From assembly GCA_030704615.1 (NCBI GenBank), contig CM060734.1, forward strand, positions 3,906,001-3,970,000: DNA of 64,000 bases, in the 5' to 3' direction. This stretch comes from Takakia lepidozioides (lineage: Eukaryota > Plantae > Bryophyta). The translations under genes were made by a program, and so were the position numbers. Of this stretch, positions 1 to 13,950 are shown piece after piece (the stretch's first letter is position 1; each line of letters starts with the position of its first letter). Below the pieces are notes generated by a model, which was given only the letters and a program-made list of their open reading frames with translations, was not told the origin of the DNA and made no database searches.

Positions 1-245
1 TTCATGGTCTTCACCGTTGATCTGATTTGCTTATCTGGAGTTGGCTCTCCAGAAGGTATATGGGTTCCCTCTTGCATTTGAGCTATGACATTACTTACTT
101 CCTGGTGTAAGCTCTTTTCCTCCTGCCATGCTGCACTTTCTGGATATTGTTTCCGTTCTTCTTCAATCTTCTTATCTGGAGGTTTCTGGCGCTTGGCCTT
201 GGGTTACCGCAAGGGTATCCACTACAGGGGTTACCACATTCACGG

Positions 246-1928
246 CTACACTTGGTCCGGCTTCCATATTTCCCACTTCTGCCTCATGCTTGATTCACAA
301 CTGGCATTCATGTTTCCAGTGTCCCTCTTTCTTGCAGTAGTGGCATCTCGTGACTTCTTTGTTTTTGGGTTCATGTTCTCTTTCCCGTGGTGGATAGTCA
401 TCTCGTGGTCTCTGATAACGATTACCCATATTGTATCGTCTTGGTCCCTCCGATCCTCCCAATCGGATTTGGACTTGGTGTACCCACTCTTCTTGGCCCG
501 TTGATTGTAAATACAATGGCTGGTATTATGATTGTTCATATGACAAATATCACAGTATTTGTCTTTCATGTGGCATTCTATTGCCAAGTGTCGTGCAGTC
601 CCGCATTTGTGACACCATGTTGTCTTTCGTGGTCCTTCATCTTTAAAATTCTTGATAGCCTCTGCTATCTTCTGATCCAAAGTGGTTTTGTCAATCACTT
701 CTTTCTTCTTTTGCTTGGGCTTTTCTTCATCATCAAAGTCTTCTTCTTCCAAGGGATCCTTGGAATCTTTACTTCTGCTATGATGAAATCCCAATCCTAA
801 TTTCTTTGCAGTTCCTACTGCTTCAGCCAAAGTGTTGTTAGGCATGACTGTAACCATGGTTACATATTCAGGACGAAGTCCGTTGATGAACCATGATTTT
901 TGTAAGTCATCACCTGGTGGTTGAGATAGCTTCCTGATCAGAGTCTTCATTCTCTCCAGGTAGTCGACTACCAATTCTTTCTTTTTCTGTCTCAGGTTCT
1001 GTAATCCTGTGAAGATTTCAGACGTGGATTTGTTGGATCTATATCTTTCTTGAAACGTGGCTCTCATATCCGCCCAATTCGCAAAGTGATTGGCTGGGAA
1101 AGTTGCCAACCATTCAATGCCTTTTCTGGCCATTGAACAAGGAAACAATCGGATCTTTTCCTGGTCTATTGCTTCATTGTAAATGGTGCACATGTTCTCG
1201 AGTTGATTAAGATGGATATCCGGATCAGATTTCCCATCATATAAAGGGAACGGCGGTCTGGTTTTGCTTGCTGCTAAGGCTATTGGTACAGCTGGTGCAA
1301 CTGGTGTTGCTGGTGCAATTGGTTGTCCAAACTGGGATGGTCCTGCTGCTGCCGGCTGTGGTGGTGTTGGGATTGTCAAGGCTAGTGGTGTTGTTGGTGT
1401 TTGTCTTCCAAACAATGATTCAAAGCTAGGAGGTCCTTGTCCCAATGATAGCCGTCTTCCAGCTGCTATCCCTACTAAGCTTAATGAATCTTTAAAAGCT
1501 TTGAGTGCAGTCCTCGTTATCCTTTCTGGAGAAGTGGTTTCACTTCTTTCACCTTCTTCACTCAGAATATTTTCAAATCTTTCTTCCAATATTTCAGCAA
1601 AGCCTCGATTTGGGCTTATTACTGTAGAAGGTCCTTTAGATCTTTCTTGTGGTAACCATTCATCAAGTGCATTACTGGCAATTCCTTCTAGAGTAGTTTT
1701 CTCACTTTCCAACGATCCGATTTCCTGATCTTCTGGTTTCTCACCGTCAATTTGTCTTGATGTCTCACCTTGAATAATATTCAAATTTTGTAATTCTGGT
1801 AACTTTTTTCTCAACCGAGCTTCCCTTTCAGCGGCGTATTTCTCTATTCTTTCAGCTCTGTTTTGCTTAGCTTTGTCTTTAATTTCCTCATTCATTCCCA
1901 CATCATATACAGAATTCCTTTCCAGCAC
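246..1928 (-). pseudogene. gag: Gag of family A copy 1 (frameshift near 480; CCHC knuckle continues in frame 295-516)
   Basis: YDGKSDPDIHL..RLFPCS..WLATFP..LRQKKKELVVDY retrotransposon-gag motifs; CHKCGTARHLAIEC and CHYCKKEGHWKHEC. Confidence 0.85.
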
Positions 1929-2059
1929 CCTTTAATCAGCCTTGGTATGTCAGTAAAGAAAAATTATAGTGGTCTCTACCCTTTCTCCAAGATTTACCTA
2001 ATCTTGCCAGAATCCGTATTACGACTTAATTTTCCCTTTACTGATTGATCACCAATCTT

Positions 2060-2500
2060 TTAATGGGCACAATTATACCATTTGTCTTTCTCAGTGTATC
2101 TGACTTGTAATAAGTCTTTGGGTATCCAGTACTCCACTGCTTCTATGATCATATGACAATATTCATAATTCGAACATCCTTCCTTAAAAATATAACTAGT
2201 GTAACAAACTTTTCTGATTGGGATTAGAGTAATCAATAAAGCTAGACGGGACAACCATTCTTCACTTCTGATTCTACATTCCCAAGGTGCTCGTGTAATA
2301 CTGATCACTCCTCCCTTTAATCCCCATTTGTCATCTTTTTTTGCAATTGAAAGAAAGATCTTCTGTTGTATTGCTATTGGTAAGCCATGAAATTTTTTCA
2401 GGAATGCTTTCCATTCATCTGCTTCCGTTGACTCGTTCTTTTGTGATTTCAAGAAATCACTGAGTAATCATCCTTCCTTGAGTTCACTTGAACTCAACAT
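2060..2500 (-). pseudogene. Extra ORF between PBS and gag (family A ORF0), TGG>TGA stop near 2469
   Basis: Near-identical to intact ORF 28649-29089. Confidence 0.65.
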
Positions 2501-2507
2501 ACCGTTA

Positions 2508-2526
2508 GTCCCCAGTATGGTCGCCA
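2508..2526 (-). promoter_or_regulatory. Primer binding site (tRNA-Arg-like)
   Basis: TGGCGACCATACTGGGGAC two nt after LTR end ...AACA; same at 8406-8424 and 28623-28641. Confidence 0.75.
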
Positions 2527-2528
2527 AA

Positions 2529-3352
2529 TGTTAACTGTTGGTTTATGACTTAGACAAAACAGGCTATCAACACTACTGCCCATTTCCTAAGACATGCAAC
2601 AGAGGTTGTCCAATGGTATGCTTCAAAAACGATTACGACGTAATCGTTTTAAAACCATGAACGTCGTATGAAGCCATATTCCTACAGGCCAATCTACAGT
2701 CTCATTGGCATAACAAATCTTAGTCGAAAGGACTGAAGCCTCTTTGTTCATACAAGCAGATGGTAGTCAAGACAAAACAAGAACTATTATGAGATGATAC
2801 ACATTCTCACCATCTCACGTTCTCTCATAATGCACATTCTCTCCATCTCACATTCACTCTACACAGAGATACTTCGAATAGCATGGCTTTACTTCAGAGT
2901 TCGTCACATCATCACATAAGTACACACTGATCACTGATACCCATACTCGTGTTGCTCTTCTTCTAAGTTGCGTGTAGCCTTTTTATACTATGCTCGAAAG
3001 AGCCGTTACAGCCTGCGGTCGTTAATGACCGTTTGCCTAACTGCCTACGCAACCTAAAAGGTTTGCTAAAAAAGTGGCTCGTTGTAGTGGTTGTGAGCCA
3101 TAGTGGTAAACGGTCCACTACTCCCTCTATTGGTTAAGGCCGATGCTAACGTGGCCGTGTGATATCGTGGTTCACGGCCCACGGTCACTACACTACCCAC
3201 TACTGCTCCCGTGGTAATGTACCCTTGTTCCGCCATTTGCTAAGTACCGCGTACTTAGCCTTTTCTGCCCGTGACCAGGTAGTATACACCAATCACTACC
3301 CGGTATGTCCCGTTGTGACCCTCGCTGTCTGCTCGTAGTATAGCCGTTATCA
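2529..3352 (-). repeat. 5' LTR, family A copy 1
   Basis: TG...CA ends; homology to 8427-9286 and 27750-28620 stops at the same positions. Confidence 0.85.
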
Positions 3353-6300
3353 GGAATTTTGGGAGTCGGAGCCCAAGGACTTCCCAGAGGCTCCGCCAGA
3401 CCAACAGATGCCTCCCATGCCAACAACATTTTGGGAAGGGTTGTTGGCGTAGTTTGGCGGGACGTTGAAAGACATATTGAGGGCAGCTAATGACACTTCC
3501 ACTAAGGCAAAGTTTAAGGTGAAGCCTAAGGAACCCGGCACCTTCGAGGGCGTCCAAAATCGGAAGGCACTCAACACCTGGCTCTTGGAGCTAGAGCAGT
3601 ACTTCCGGGCGGCCAAGTTGAGTGACGAGGATCGGGTGGAAGTGGCTCCCACCTATTTGAGGGGCTATGCTCAACAATGGTGGCAGAAACGCCTTCATGA
3701 CCAAGGTCCAAACCCAGAAACCTTGAGCTGGAGTGGGTTCAAGGAACTTATGAAAAGACAGTTTATGCCCCTCAACGCGTCCAGGCTTGCCCGAGACAAG
3801 ATGAGGAATTTGAAGCAAACGGATGACATTCAGGGATATGTTCAGGCTTTCAATGTGCTGTTGCTCGAAGTCATGGATATGGAAGAACCAGAAATGGTCT
3901 TCAACTTTGTGGCGGGACTGGCCCCATGGGCCAGGCGGAAGTTGGAGGAGAAGCCACCTAAGACTTTGAACGAGGCAATTGAAAGGGCTGAATGTTTCTC
4001 GGATGTCCCTAGGGGCGAAAGACAAGGCCATACGGAGCTAAACCCCAAGAAGACCTGGCGGGAGGGTGACTCCTTCCGCCCGGAAAAGAAGTGGGATAGG
4101 CCACTCGGTGACAATGGCACATGGAAATTGAAGGGAGGGCCTTCATACGTCAAGGCGGCACCCGGTGCTCCGAAAGGAAAATCAGGTGCGGTGGCTTATG
4201 GCAGATAGAAGGCGACCTTCGATGGAGTGTGCTTTAATTGCGGGGAGTCCGAGCACATGGCCAAGAACTGTGCAAAACCCCGACAATTGAACATGACTCG
4301 GGCGACCACGGAGTTGTCCGAAGATTCCATCAGCCGCTTGGTGGAAGCGGTGGTTGCCAAAACTTGCAAGGTAGGCAACTACTCTTGTGAGTTGTATCAG
4401 GAGACTGGCCCCTTGTGTAAAGGGAGTCAGTTAATGTTCGTGAGTGGGATAATTTCCGGAACTAACGTGTCGTTGTTGGTGGACACAGGAGCGTCGCACT
4501 CCTTCATGACGCCGGCAACGGCACGAAAGCTGGGGCTCCCGACAAGTGATGTGGGGGCCTCTATTGACGTGCGCTCTGCCAAAGGAGAACCACGACTGGC
4601 GACGAGGTTGGCGTTTGATGTTCCTCTTCAGCTGGGGAGTTGGGAGGGATGTGAGAACTTCACCATTTGCGAGATCGATGGAGTGGATCTCATTTTGGGG
4701 ATGACATTTTTGAGCAAATCCGGAGTGGTCATAGATGGCCGCAAGAGAGTAGTCACGCTACCGTGTGGGGATGGTGGCAAAGTTTTACGGGTGTCGGAAA
4801 CGCCCAACCGAGTGGGAGGGCAAATAAAAGGAGTGGGCCGTGGAGGAGCCACACGAACCCCTGTTTTTGCTTTACGTAAGACAAGTGGAAGGAGAAGTTG
4901 ATAGGGAGCCGAGCCCAGATTGGATCAAGGGGATCCTGGAGAAATACCAAGATATGATGCCGGAGGATTTACCAAGCGGCTTGCCACCGCGAAGAGGAGT
5001 TGATCACAAGATAGAGGTGATACCGGGATCGGAGCCGCCTGCCAAGGTGCCCTACCGGTTGAGCCACAGAGAGTTGGTGGAGCTGAAGGCCCAGCTCAAG
5101 GGCTCAGCTCAAGGATCTAATATCAAAGGGGTACATCCGGCCGAGTAAGTCACCTTACCAAGCTCCGGTGCTATTTGCAGACAAGAAGGATGGGACGTTG
5201 CGGATGTGTGTTGATTACAGGGTTCTGAATAAGGTGACTATCAAAAACCGGTACCCTTTGGCAAGGATTGACAACCTCTTCGATCGGTTGGCAGGAGCAA
5301 AGTATTTCAGCCGGATCGATTTGCGCTCAGGTTACCATCAAATCCGAGTGGCGGAAGGAGATGAGGTGAAGATCGCGTACAGGACAAGATATGGTTCATA
5401 TGAGTTCTTGGTGATGCCTTTTGGGCTCACCAACACACCCGCGACCTTTAGCACGCTAATGAACAACCTTTTCCAAGAGTGGTTGGATGACTTTATGATT
5501 GTGTAAATCGACGACACCTTGGTGTACTCGAAAACAAAGGAAGAGCACCTAGAGCACCTCAAAAGGGTGTTCCAGAAATTGCGAGAAGGGAAGCTATATG
5601 CCAAAGCTTCAAAGTACAAATTCGGGGTCACAAAAGTGGAGTTCTTAGGGCATGTGATTACACAGGATGGGATCAAAATGGATGACAGAAAGGTGAGGGC
5701 GATCTTGGACTGGGAGCCTCCGACTTTGGTCCCAGGAGTGCGATCCTTCCTAGGACTCGCCTCCTATTACCCTAAGTATGTGAGAAATTTTGCCAAGATC
5801 GCGGGGCCGCTATCAGACCTTTTGTGTAAGTCCATGGTATGGGTATGAAACACCTTTTGTGGCCAAGCTTTTGCCGAGTTGAAGCAGCGGATGGCAGAAG
5901 CTCCAGTCCTGAAAATCCCGGAGTTCAACCGTCCATTTGAGATTCATACAGATGCGTTGGACTTCGCAATTGGGGGTGTGCTCATGCAGGATGGACGTCC
6001 AGTGACTTACGAAAGTAAGAAACTGAATGAAGTGGAGCGACGGTGGCCTACGCACGAGAAAGAAATGAAGGCGGTGGTACATTGCCTTGAGCTTTGGCAC
6101 CACTATGTACCCGGTGAAGGTGTTCACGGACAATGTCACGGTGAAGTATTTTGCCACACAGCCTAAGTTGTCCCCAAAACAACTTAGGCGGCAAGACACT
6201 TCGGTAGTGTTCGATGTGGATGTCCAGTACAAACCGGGACGGGACAACGTGGTGGCCGATGCTTTAAGTAGAAAGCAGCAGCTCATGAGGTGTACAGGGG

Positions 6301-7090
6301 CGAGACGACGCTCCAAAGGAAGATTCGGAAGGCTTACCGGAAGGATGAGATGACGAAGTTCGTGATGCAGGACTTGAGGTTGGGGGTTAAATCGCAGTTC
6401 CATTTGCACAATGGACTGCTCCGGTACAAGCAAAAGCGTCTCTACGTGCCGAAGGGAGGGATCAGAGATAGTCTCTTGAGAGAATGCCATGATGGTCCGC
6501 TTGCGGGCCACGGCGGAGCCAAACGCACCGCGACACTCTTGAAGAAAGAATATTTCTGGCCCAAACTGAGGGAGGAGGCCGAGGAGTATGTCAAGACATG
6601 CACCACATGCCAACAAAACCAAAGCGAGTACAAAAAGCAAGCGGGCCTGTTACAACCCTTGTCGATTCCAGAGGGGTCTTGGGAAAGTGTCTCGATGGAT
6701 TTCATGACTGCTTTGCCGCTGTCAAAAGGATGTGATGCAATCATGGTGGTGGTGGATAGGTTCAGCAAAATGGGCCATTTCATCCCCACCAAGGAGACGG
6801 CAACGACGCAGGAGACAGGACGACTTTACTTCACCCACGTCTTCAAGCATCATGGACTCCCGGAGGATATTGTCTCGGACCGCGATCCAAAGTTTACAAG
6901 TAAATTTTGGAGGGCACTTTGGAAGAAAATGGGGACGAGGCTCAAGATGAGCACGGCCTTCCGACCTACAACGGACGGCCAAACGGAAAGAGTGAATTCC
7001 ATGGTGAAGCAGATCTTGCGGAATTATATGTCGACAGACTAGTCAAACTAGGTGGAGCACTTGGATGCGGCAGAGTTCTGTTATAATAAC
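3353..7090 (+). mobile_element. Chromovirus (Galadriel-like) Gypsy internal region: gag 3465-4208, CCHC+protease 4227-4840, RT ~4940-5850, RNase H ~5880-6280, integrase 6290-7090; degenerate and truncated on both sides
   Basis: CFNCGESEHMAKNC; LVDTGASHSF; [10 protein letters not shown]; [12 protein letters not shown]; HTDALDFAIG; YESKKLNEVERRWPTHEKEM; HHCC zinc finger, SMDF, SDRDPKF, DGQTER; several stops and frameshifts. Confidence 0.88.
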
Positions 7091-9286
7091 AAGGAAATAG
7101 TCGGATCTTCTCTTGGTCTGTTGCTTCATTGTAAATGGTGCACATGTTTTCAAATTGATTAAGATGGATATCTGGATCAGATTTCCCATCATATAAAGGA
7201 AATGGTGGTCTGGTTTTGCTTGCTGCTAAGGCCATCGGTGCAGCTGGTGCAACTGGTTGTCCAAACTGGGATGGTCCCGCTGCTGCTGGCTGTGGTGGTG
7301 TTGGTGTTTGTCTTCCAAACAGTGATTCAAAGCTAGGAGGTCCTTGTCCCAATGATAGTCGTCTTCCAGCTGCTGTCCCTACTAAGCTTAATGAATCTTT
7401 AAAAGTTATGAGTGCAGTTCTGGTTATCCTTTCTGGAGAAGTGCTTTCACTTCTTTCACCTTGTTCACTCAAAATGTTCTCAAATCTTTCTTCTAATATT
7501 TCAGCAAAACCTCGATTTGGGCTTGTTACTGTAGAAGGTCCTTCAGATTTTTCTTGTGATAACCATTCACCAAGTACATTACTGGCAATTTCTTCTGGTG
7601 TAGTGTTCCCACTTCCCACCGATCCGATTTCTTGATCTTTTGGTTTATCACTGTTTGATGTCTCACTTTGAATAGTTTTCAAGTTCTGTAATTCTGGAAA
7701 TTCTTCTCTTAACCGAGCCTCCCTTTCTGCAGCATATTTCTCTATTCGTTCAGCTCTGTCTTGTTTAGCTTTTTCTTTAATTTCCTCATTCATTCCCACA
7801 TCATATGTAGAATTCATTTTCGGTACCCTTTAAACAGTCTTGGTATGTCAGTAAAGAAAATTTATAGTGTCTCTACCCTTTCTTCAAGATTTATCCTATC
7901 TTGCAAGAATCCGTATTACGACTTAATTTTCCTTTTTATTGATTGATCACCAAACTTTTAATGGGCACAATAATACCATCTGTTTTTTTCAGTGTATCTG
8001 ACTTGCAATAAGTCTTTGGGCATCCAGTACTCTACTACTTCTATGATCGTGTGACAATATTCATAATTTGAACATCCTTCTCTCAAAATATAACTAGTGT
8101 AGCAAACTTTTCTGATTGGTATTAGAGTAATCAATAGAGCTGACGAGACAACCACTCTTCACTTCTAAATCCTACATTCCCAAGGGGCTCGTATAATACT
8201 GATCACTCCTCCCTTCAATCCCCATTTGTCATCTTCTTTCGCGACTGAAAGAAAGATTTTCTGTTGTATTGCTTTTGGTAAACCATGAAATTTTCCCAGG
8301 AATGTTTTCTATTCCTTTGCTTCTGTTGACTCGTTCTGTCGTGATTTCAACAAATCACTGAGTAACCATCCTTCTTTGAGTACTTTTGAACTCAACATAC
8401 CGTTAGTCCCCAGTATGGTCGCCAAATGTTAACCGCCGGTTTTTGACTTAGACAAAACAGGCTATCAACATTACTGCCCATTTCCTAAGACATGCAACAG
8501 AGGTTGTCCGACGGTATGCTTCCAGAAACGATTACAAAGTAATCGTTTAAAAGATAGCTAAACCATGAATGTCGTATGAAGCCATATCCCTGCAGGCTGC
8601 TTAATCCTATTGATTAAGCCCAATCTACAGTCTCTTTAGCATAAAAGATCTTAGTCGAAAAGACTGAAGCCTCTTTGTTCATACAAGCAGATGGTCGTCA
8701 AGATAAAACAAGAACTATTCTGAGATGATACACATTCTCACCATCTCACGTTATCTCATAATGCACATTCTCTCCATCTCACATTCACTCTACACAGAGA
8801 TACTTCGAATAGCATGGCTTTACTTCAGAGTTCGTCACATCATTACAGAAGTACACATTGATCACTGATACTCCTACTCATATTGCACCCACTCTAAGTT
8901 GTGTGCAGTCTTTTTATACTATGCTCGAAAGAGCCATTACAGCCTGCGGTCGTTAATGACCGTTGGTCTAACTGCCTACGCAACATAAAAGGTTTGCTAA
9001 AAAGTGGCTCGTTGTAGTGGTCGTGAGCAATAGTAGTAAATGGTCCACTACTCCCTCTATTGGTTAAAGCTGATGCTAACGTGACCGTGTGATATCGTGG
9101 TTCACGGCTCACGGTTACTACACTACCCACTACTGCTCTCGTGGTAATGTACCCTTGTCCCGCCATTGGCTAAGTATTGCGTACTTAGCCGTCTCTGCCT
9201 GTGGCTCAGGTAGTGTACGTCCATCACTACCCAGTATGTCCCGTTGCGACCCTCGTTGTCTGTCCCTCGTAGCATAGCCGTTATCA
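7088..9286 (-). mobile_element. Family A copy 2, 5' fragment (LTR 9286-8427, PBS 8424-8406, frameshifted ORF0, gag N-terminus to 7088)
   Basis: Direct homology to copy 1; gag breaks at ...IRLFPC and is fused to the chromovirus integrase. Confidence 0.88.
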
Positions 9287-10774
9287 GGTGCTTATGATGG
9301 GAAGTTCTCTCCCTCCTTTCTAGTGCCTTGCGATTGTGCCTGCTTTGCTTCATTACTTATGTGCTTTGTGGAGGCGGCTTGCTGCGGGCAGTGATGGCGC
9401 ATGACCGGCCTCTTCCCCAATCGCTTAAGGTGCCTTTGGAGTTTAGGGATTCTCATGTTCTTATCTCTTTCTCTTGCTTTTGAGTTTCTTAGTTGACATC
9501 GATGACAAGTGTGAGGGTCTGTGATTCACCTGGGGTTCCACAATCCTCACTAACCTGTTGGTTTTTGTGGGGGCTTGTGATGGGACCACGTGAGGATCCT
9601 CACCTACTTTGAAGTTTCTTGAGCATGCAGATTGGGATATGGGCTGAGGAGACCTAGGGGTTTGTGCGTTGTGAGGTGGCTGCTGCGTGCAGCCCCGATT
9701 TCAACCCGACTGCCCCTGGCTTGACATGCTACAGCCTGCGTTCTGGCCTTTGTCGTTCTGCCGCCGATGCGCAGCTCGGCCTGACTGGCCTGTTTCCTGA
9801 GGCTTGCATACAAATCATACCCTACCTTTTGATCTTTGACAACAAAGCCTGTGGATTATTAAGCTAGGTTGTAAGTTCTTTTGGCCAAAGAGGATCTGGT
9901 TTTTGGTGGTGTGTTTTTGGCGGTTTTGGGTATCTATGGACCTGGTGGCCTTGAAGTTTAAGGCGGTAGCCTGGTAGGGTACTGCCCTGCTCCTTTTCAG
10001 GCCTACTTCTGATGTGTACTAGATCGTAGTTAGGTGTTCTTTACATGTCTTAGCATGGAACTCTTGAAGGATGAGGATGGTAAGCCGCAATGGGATCCTA
10101 CCTATAGTTTTGGATCTGTCATGACATCAGGCCTATGACCTGCAATCTGGTTTTTTATATACAAAAGAGGCTGGATCTCGGCTGTTCATGCTGCTTGTTG
10201 GTACAAGTCTTGAACCTGCAATTTGACAGGCTGCATTCACATTCCCTTGATACCTTGTATGATCACATGTCTCGGGGTGAATACAAATGATATGGAATCT
10301 ACTTCATCTTGCTCAAGTTGGACTGCTTGGTGGCATACTGAGATTCTGACAAACTGCAGGCTGGTCCTTATGCCTTGGCTGATGCATGACCTACCATAAT
10401 TAATGGCTGAAATGGTAAGCTGCTGGTATATGTACAGGCTGAACCAAGAGGCCTTGCAGCCTGCACAGGGACAACAATATCTTATCTTGTCCCACACATG
10501 AACAAATGATTCATTGGCCAAGATGGCCGGATCTCGGGTGTTCAAGATGCTTGCATCCCCTAGCTGAACAAACCCCGCCCTCCCACCCTGTTTTATCATG
10601 ACTGATTGGGTGATGTCAATTCATGGGAAGCTATGACAAGAATAAAAATGTTAGATGGTGCCATGTTTTGGGTTGTTTATGTTTTTAATTGACAATGACC
10701 CTATTGGGTCTTGTCCATGTCTTGACATGACATGAATATCTTCCCTCTCCCTCTCTCTTTTTAACTTTTTCTGC

Positions 10775-11475
10775 AGGGGGGTCAACTCTGAGTTTAAGAA
10801 AACCATGCTTTGTCGCATTATTAGACCTACCTTGGAGTACGGATCTGCAATATGGGTTGATAAATCTGACTTAGAGGCTGTAGTGTCCAAAGCCATGGCT
10901 GTTGCCATGAGATTGTCTAATGAAAATGAAGTTAGGCAGAAAACTTCCCTGAACTTGTTTCCAGTCAGTGACATGGGGGAGGACATCTTGGATGACCTCA
11001 AGGGTCTACCCACTCTCGGCACTAGACTGAAATTTAAACTCAGGGCAGGAAGCCTACCTTTGAACAACAAACAGAAGCACAGAGGAATGGGAGAGTGCAA
11101 TTGCCCGTTGTGTGGGCAATCTGAAGACAGTACTCATTTTCTGATACACTGTCCGGGGTTCTCTCACCAAAGAGATGCTCTCTTCAAATCTATCAAGGGA
11201 ATTGTGCCTGTACCTCTGTTTACCAACTTTGAAAGTCTCAAGGTTGAGCCAAAAGCCCAGGCCCTCCTGAGGCCTAGTTATTGGGCAAATCACTCACAAC
11301 AGTTTGATGCTTGTGTGAAGGGATTTATAGAGGATATCTGGAAAACCCAGATTAATTCTATGTATGAAGATAAGTCTTACTACCAACGTCAGCCCCTGAC
11401 AGAGGCAGGTTCTGTCCCTTTTGTTTCCGCTCAAACTGGGTGCGGGGTCAATGGCCACAAGGCTACAGCAAACAA
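10775..11475 (+). mobile_element. LINE ORF2 3' fragment (RT C-terminus and zinc-binding region)
   Basis: IIRPTLEYGSAIW; RLKFKLRAGSLPLN; CPLCGQSEDSTHFLIHCP. Confidence 0.72.
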
Positions 11476-12379
11476 CGGGTATGGGGTGTTCCTGAAATCC
11501 ATAGCAAGCATTCAAAGGGACAAACCTGATGGGTCCATGAAAAGAGTCCCTCCAAGTTTTACTGATATTCTGGGTGCATAAGTAATCCAAGTATCTCTAT
11601 AAGTAGCCATTGTAGCTTAGTACCAGGACGTTGGTTTCATGGGGCAAAGAATTTGAACACACCTGAAGTCTACATTGGGCTGACATCATGCCTTTGCCAC
11701 TTCAACTTGTCTAGTGGAAATCATTTGTGATTGTGCCTTGCCTGACCCCTGCATTGTCCAACTTCCTTGTCTTGACAAACATACCCTATCTCTTCATGAT
11801 TTTACCAAAAACATACATAATTTGAATCATGGTCAATGTGAAGAACTATAACTCACAGACGGAGAAGGTGTTCGTAGTGTAGATGATGGGCGTTTTTGTC
11901 CTGCGACATGAGCCCGGGCATGTTCTCCCCGGCTCACTGTGGCATCCGCCGACGACGCAGTCGCCTCGCACTGGCGTGGGAGGAGTGGATCGTCCTTGTC
12001 GTCCTCAGAAGAGCCCTCATGATCAGCATGCAGAATCGTAGTCTTCATCGACTTCAGTCTGGCACTTTGCCTTGCAGGACCTTCCCTAGTTTTTTCCTTC
12101 GGAGCGCGTGGCTTGTGAGGGCGTTTTGTTCCCGTAAGCCTGCACAAATACCTCCGTGACCTCCCTCTCAAACAATCACAAACACATGCAAGCATATGTA
12201 TACCCTAATACTCTTAAGCCTACGCTGAAGCACAGCCGCACCCTACCAGGAAGTAATGGCTGCCTACGAATGACGACGGACATCTCCCGCCTAATGACAC
12301 ACAGCCTCCTCAAACCTAATTGTCACTCACCGCATATTGTTTGCCTCTATGTTTGTACAAGTCGCAGCTACTTGCCCCC

Positions 12380-13560
12380 GTTCATGCTATGAAGCTTATG
12401 AGAGCTATAGGAAGGTCAGAGGATAAGGCGAATCGCGTGTTTAGTGGGTGGGTAACCAAAGTCAGGAACTTCTTGGAGGTGAGGAGGAGATCTTGGGAGG
12501 CTAGGATGACTGTTGCGAGGTGATCCCCTAAAATTTTATGGACCGCTCCAGTTGTGGAGTTTAATATGTTGAGAGATGAGTGGATCTCAGACAAGTAGTG
12601 GGGGGGGGGGCCTTGTAGTTATGCGGTTGGGGTGATAATTGTTGCAGTTGTGATAGGAGGGTGCATATTGGGGTATTCGAGTGCGAGTGGAGATAGTTAT
12701 TACAAGTGTCCGGGAGAGGGGAGATGGTGACGATGAGGGAAAAGAGGATATGCGCGGTGGGGAAGGATTTGAGTTTGGAAAGAGTCTTTGAGAGTGCTGG
12801 GTAGAGACTGGAGGGGAGACCGAATGTTGTGATGTGTTGTGTAGGAGTGTGATCAGTAGGCTGACTGTGGGGAAAAAAAAGCATGAAGTGTTCTGAGATG
12901 TGTCGGTAGCTGTATACTAGTGTCAGGGAGTTTGGTTGGAAATAGAGAGCGTGTCTGTCTTGAGAGTCGATAGAAAGAGTGTCCATAATTTCTTGAATAT
13001 TAAGAGGGCCGGGGTTGGGGTGTATGTCTCCGCAACGTAGTATAATAGATTTGAACAAATACTTGAATACAGGTTGTTTGTTGCAGGGGGATGGTGGTAG
13101 AAGTGTTTTAGTTTTTTTGGGTGTAGTTGATACCGACCATGGGGGCAGTGGGTGAGGGGTTGTACTTGATGATATATTATATGGATTATTTTATTGGTAT
13201 ACGGGCTGGTAAAAGGGGTCGGGTTAGGGGGGGGCGAGCCGATTGTGGGTAAGAGTAGCTGGTAGAGATAGAGTGGGTAGGGGGAATGTACTGGGGATGG
13301 AGTAAAGGGGGGGTGTGTGCATATACTTAAGGAAATATGTATGATGTAAGGGGGGAGGGAGTAAGATAACGACTGATGGTGTTGGTTGTGGGTGCATCTG
13401 TGGATGAATGAGATGACAGTTGGTGGGGGTTGTGGTTTTTAGTGTTGGGGCTATAAGGTGAGTAGGCGAGTAGCGTGGATGGATGGCTCTGGGCAGGGAC
13501 GTGGATGAACGCATCCATGGATGATTGAGATGTCGGCTGGGTGTATTGAGTGCGGAAGGG
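12380..13560 (-). mobile_element. Degenerate LINE-like 5' region with 2A-like motif
   Basis: ILRCGDIHPNPGP at 13043-13005, typical of N-termini of non-LTR retrotransposon ORF2; strongly C/A-biased sense strand. Confidence 0.5.
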
Positions 13561-13620
13561 TTTGATTATATTTGGTGTAGGCACATGGCGCCTTCTATCT
13601 TGGGCCATTTGGTGGGTGCG

Positions 13621-13865
13621 GGATGGATGGTAATCACTTGAAAGAAGAGAACTGGAGAGTGATGGATGATAATCACTTGAAAGAGAACTGGAGAATGATG
13701 GATAATAATCACTTGAAAAAAAGCTCGAGAGTGATGGATGATATTCACTTGAAAGAGAGCTGGAGAGTGTTGGATGATAATCACTTGAAAGAGAGCTGGA
13801 GAATGATGGATGATAATCACCTGAAAGAGAGTTGGAAAATGATGGATGATAATCATTTGAAAGAC
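13621..13865. repeat. 36-bp tandem repeat, ~6.5 copies
   Basis: Unit GATGGATGATAATCACTTGAAAGAGARCTGGAGART. Confidence 0.9.
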
Positions 13866-13950
13866 CTTGTGAAAGAGAGTGATAATGTTGAGTGATAGTA
13901 ATTGAGTGAATCCAGGAGTGATAGTAAATGATGTGAATAGCAGTGAAATG

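Larger units (their letters stand above)
1..3352 (-). mobile_element. Ty3/Gypsy non-chromovirus (Athila/Phygy/Selgy-like) LTR retrotransposon, family A copy 1, 5' part (runs off window start)
   Basis: 5' LTR 3352-2529 (TGATAAC...GTTAACA), PBS 2526-2508, extra ORF, gag with zinc knuckles; collinear with copies at 7088-9286 and 27750-36988. Confidence 0.9.

Noticed and set aside
1264-1728. Conserved antisense ORF in three gag copies
   Set aside because: Shadow frame of the Pro/Ala-rich gag segment; no ATG start
4206-4208. Programmed stop read-through between gag and pol
   Set aside because: The TAG precedes the gag zinc knuckle and the element has other stops; more likely a CAG>TAG transition
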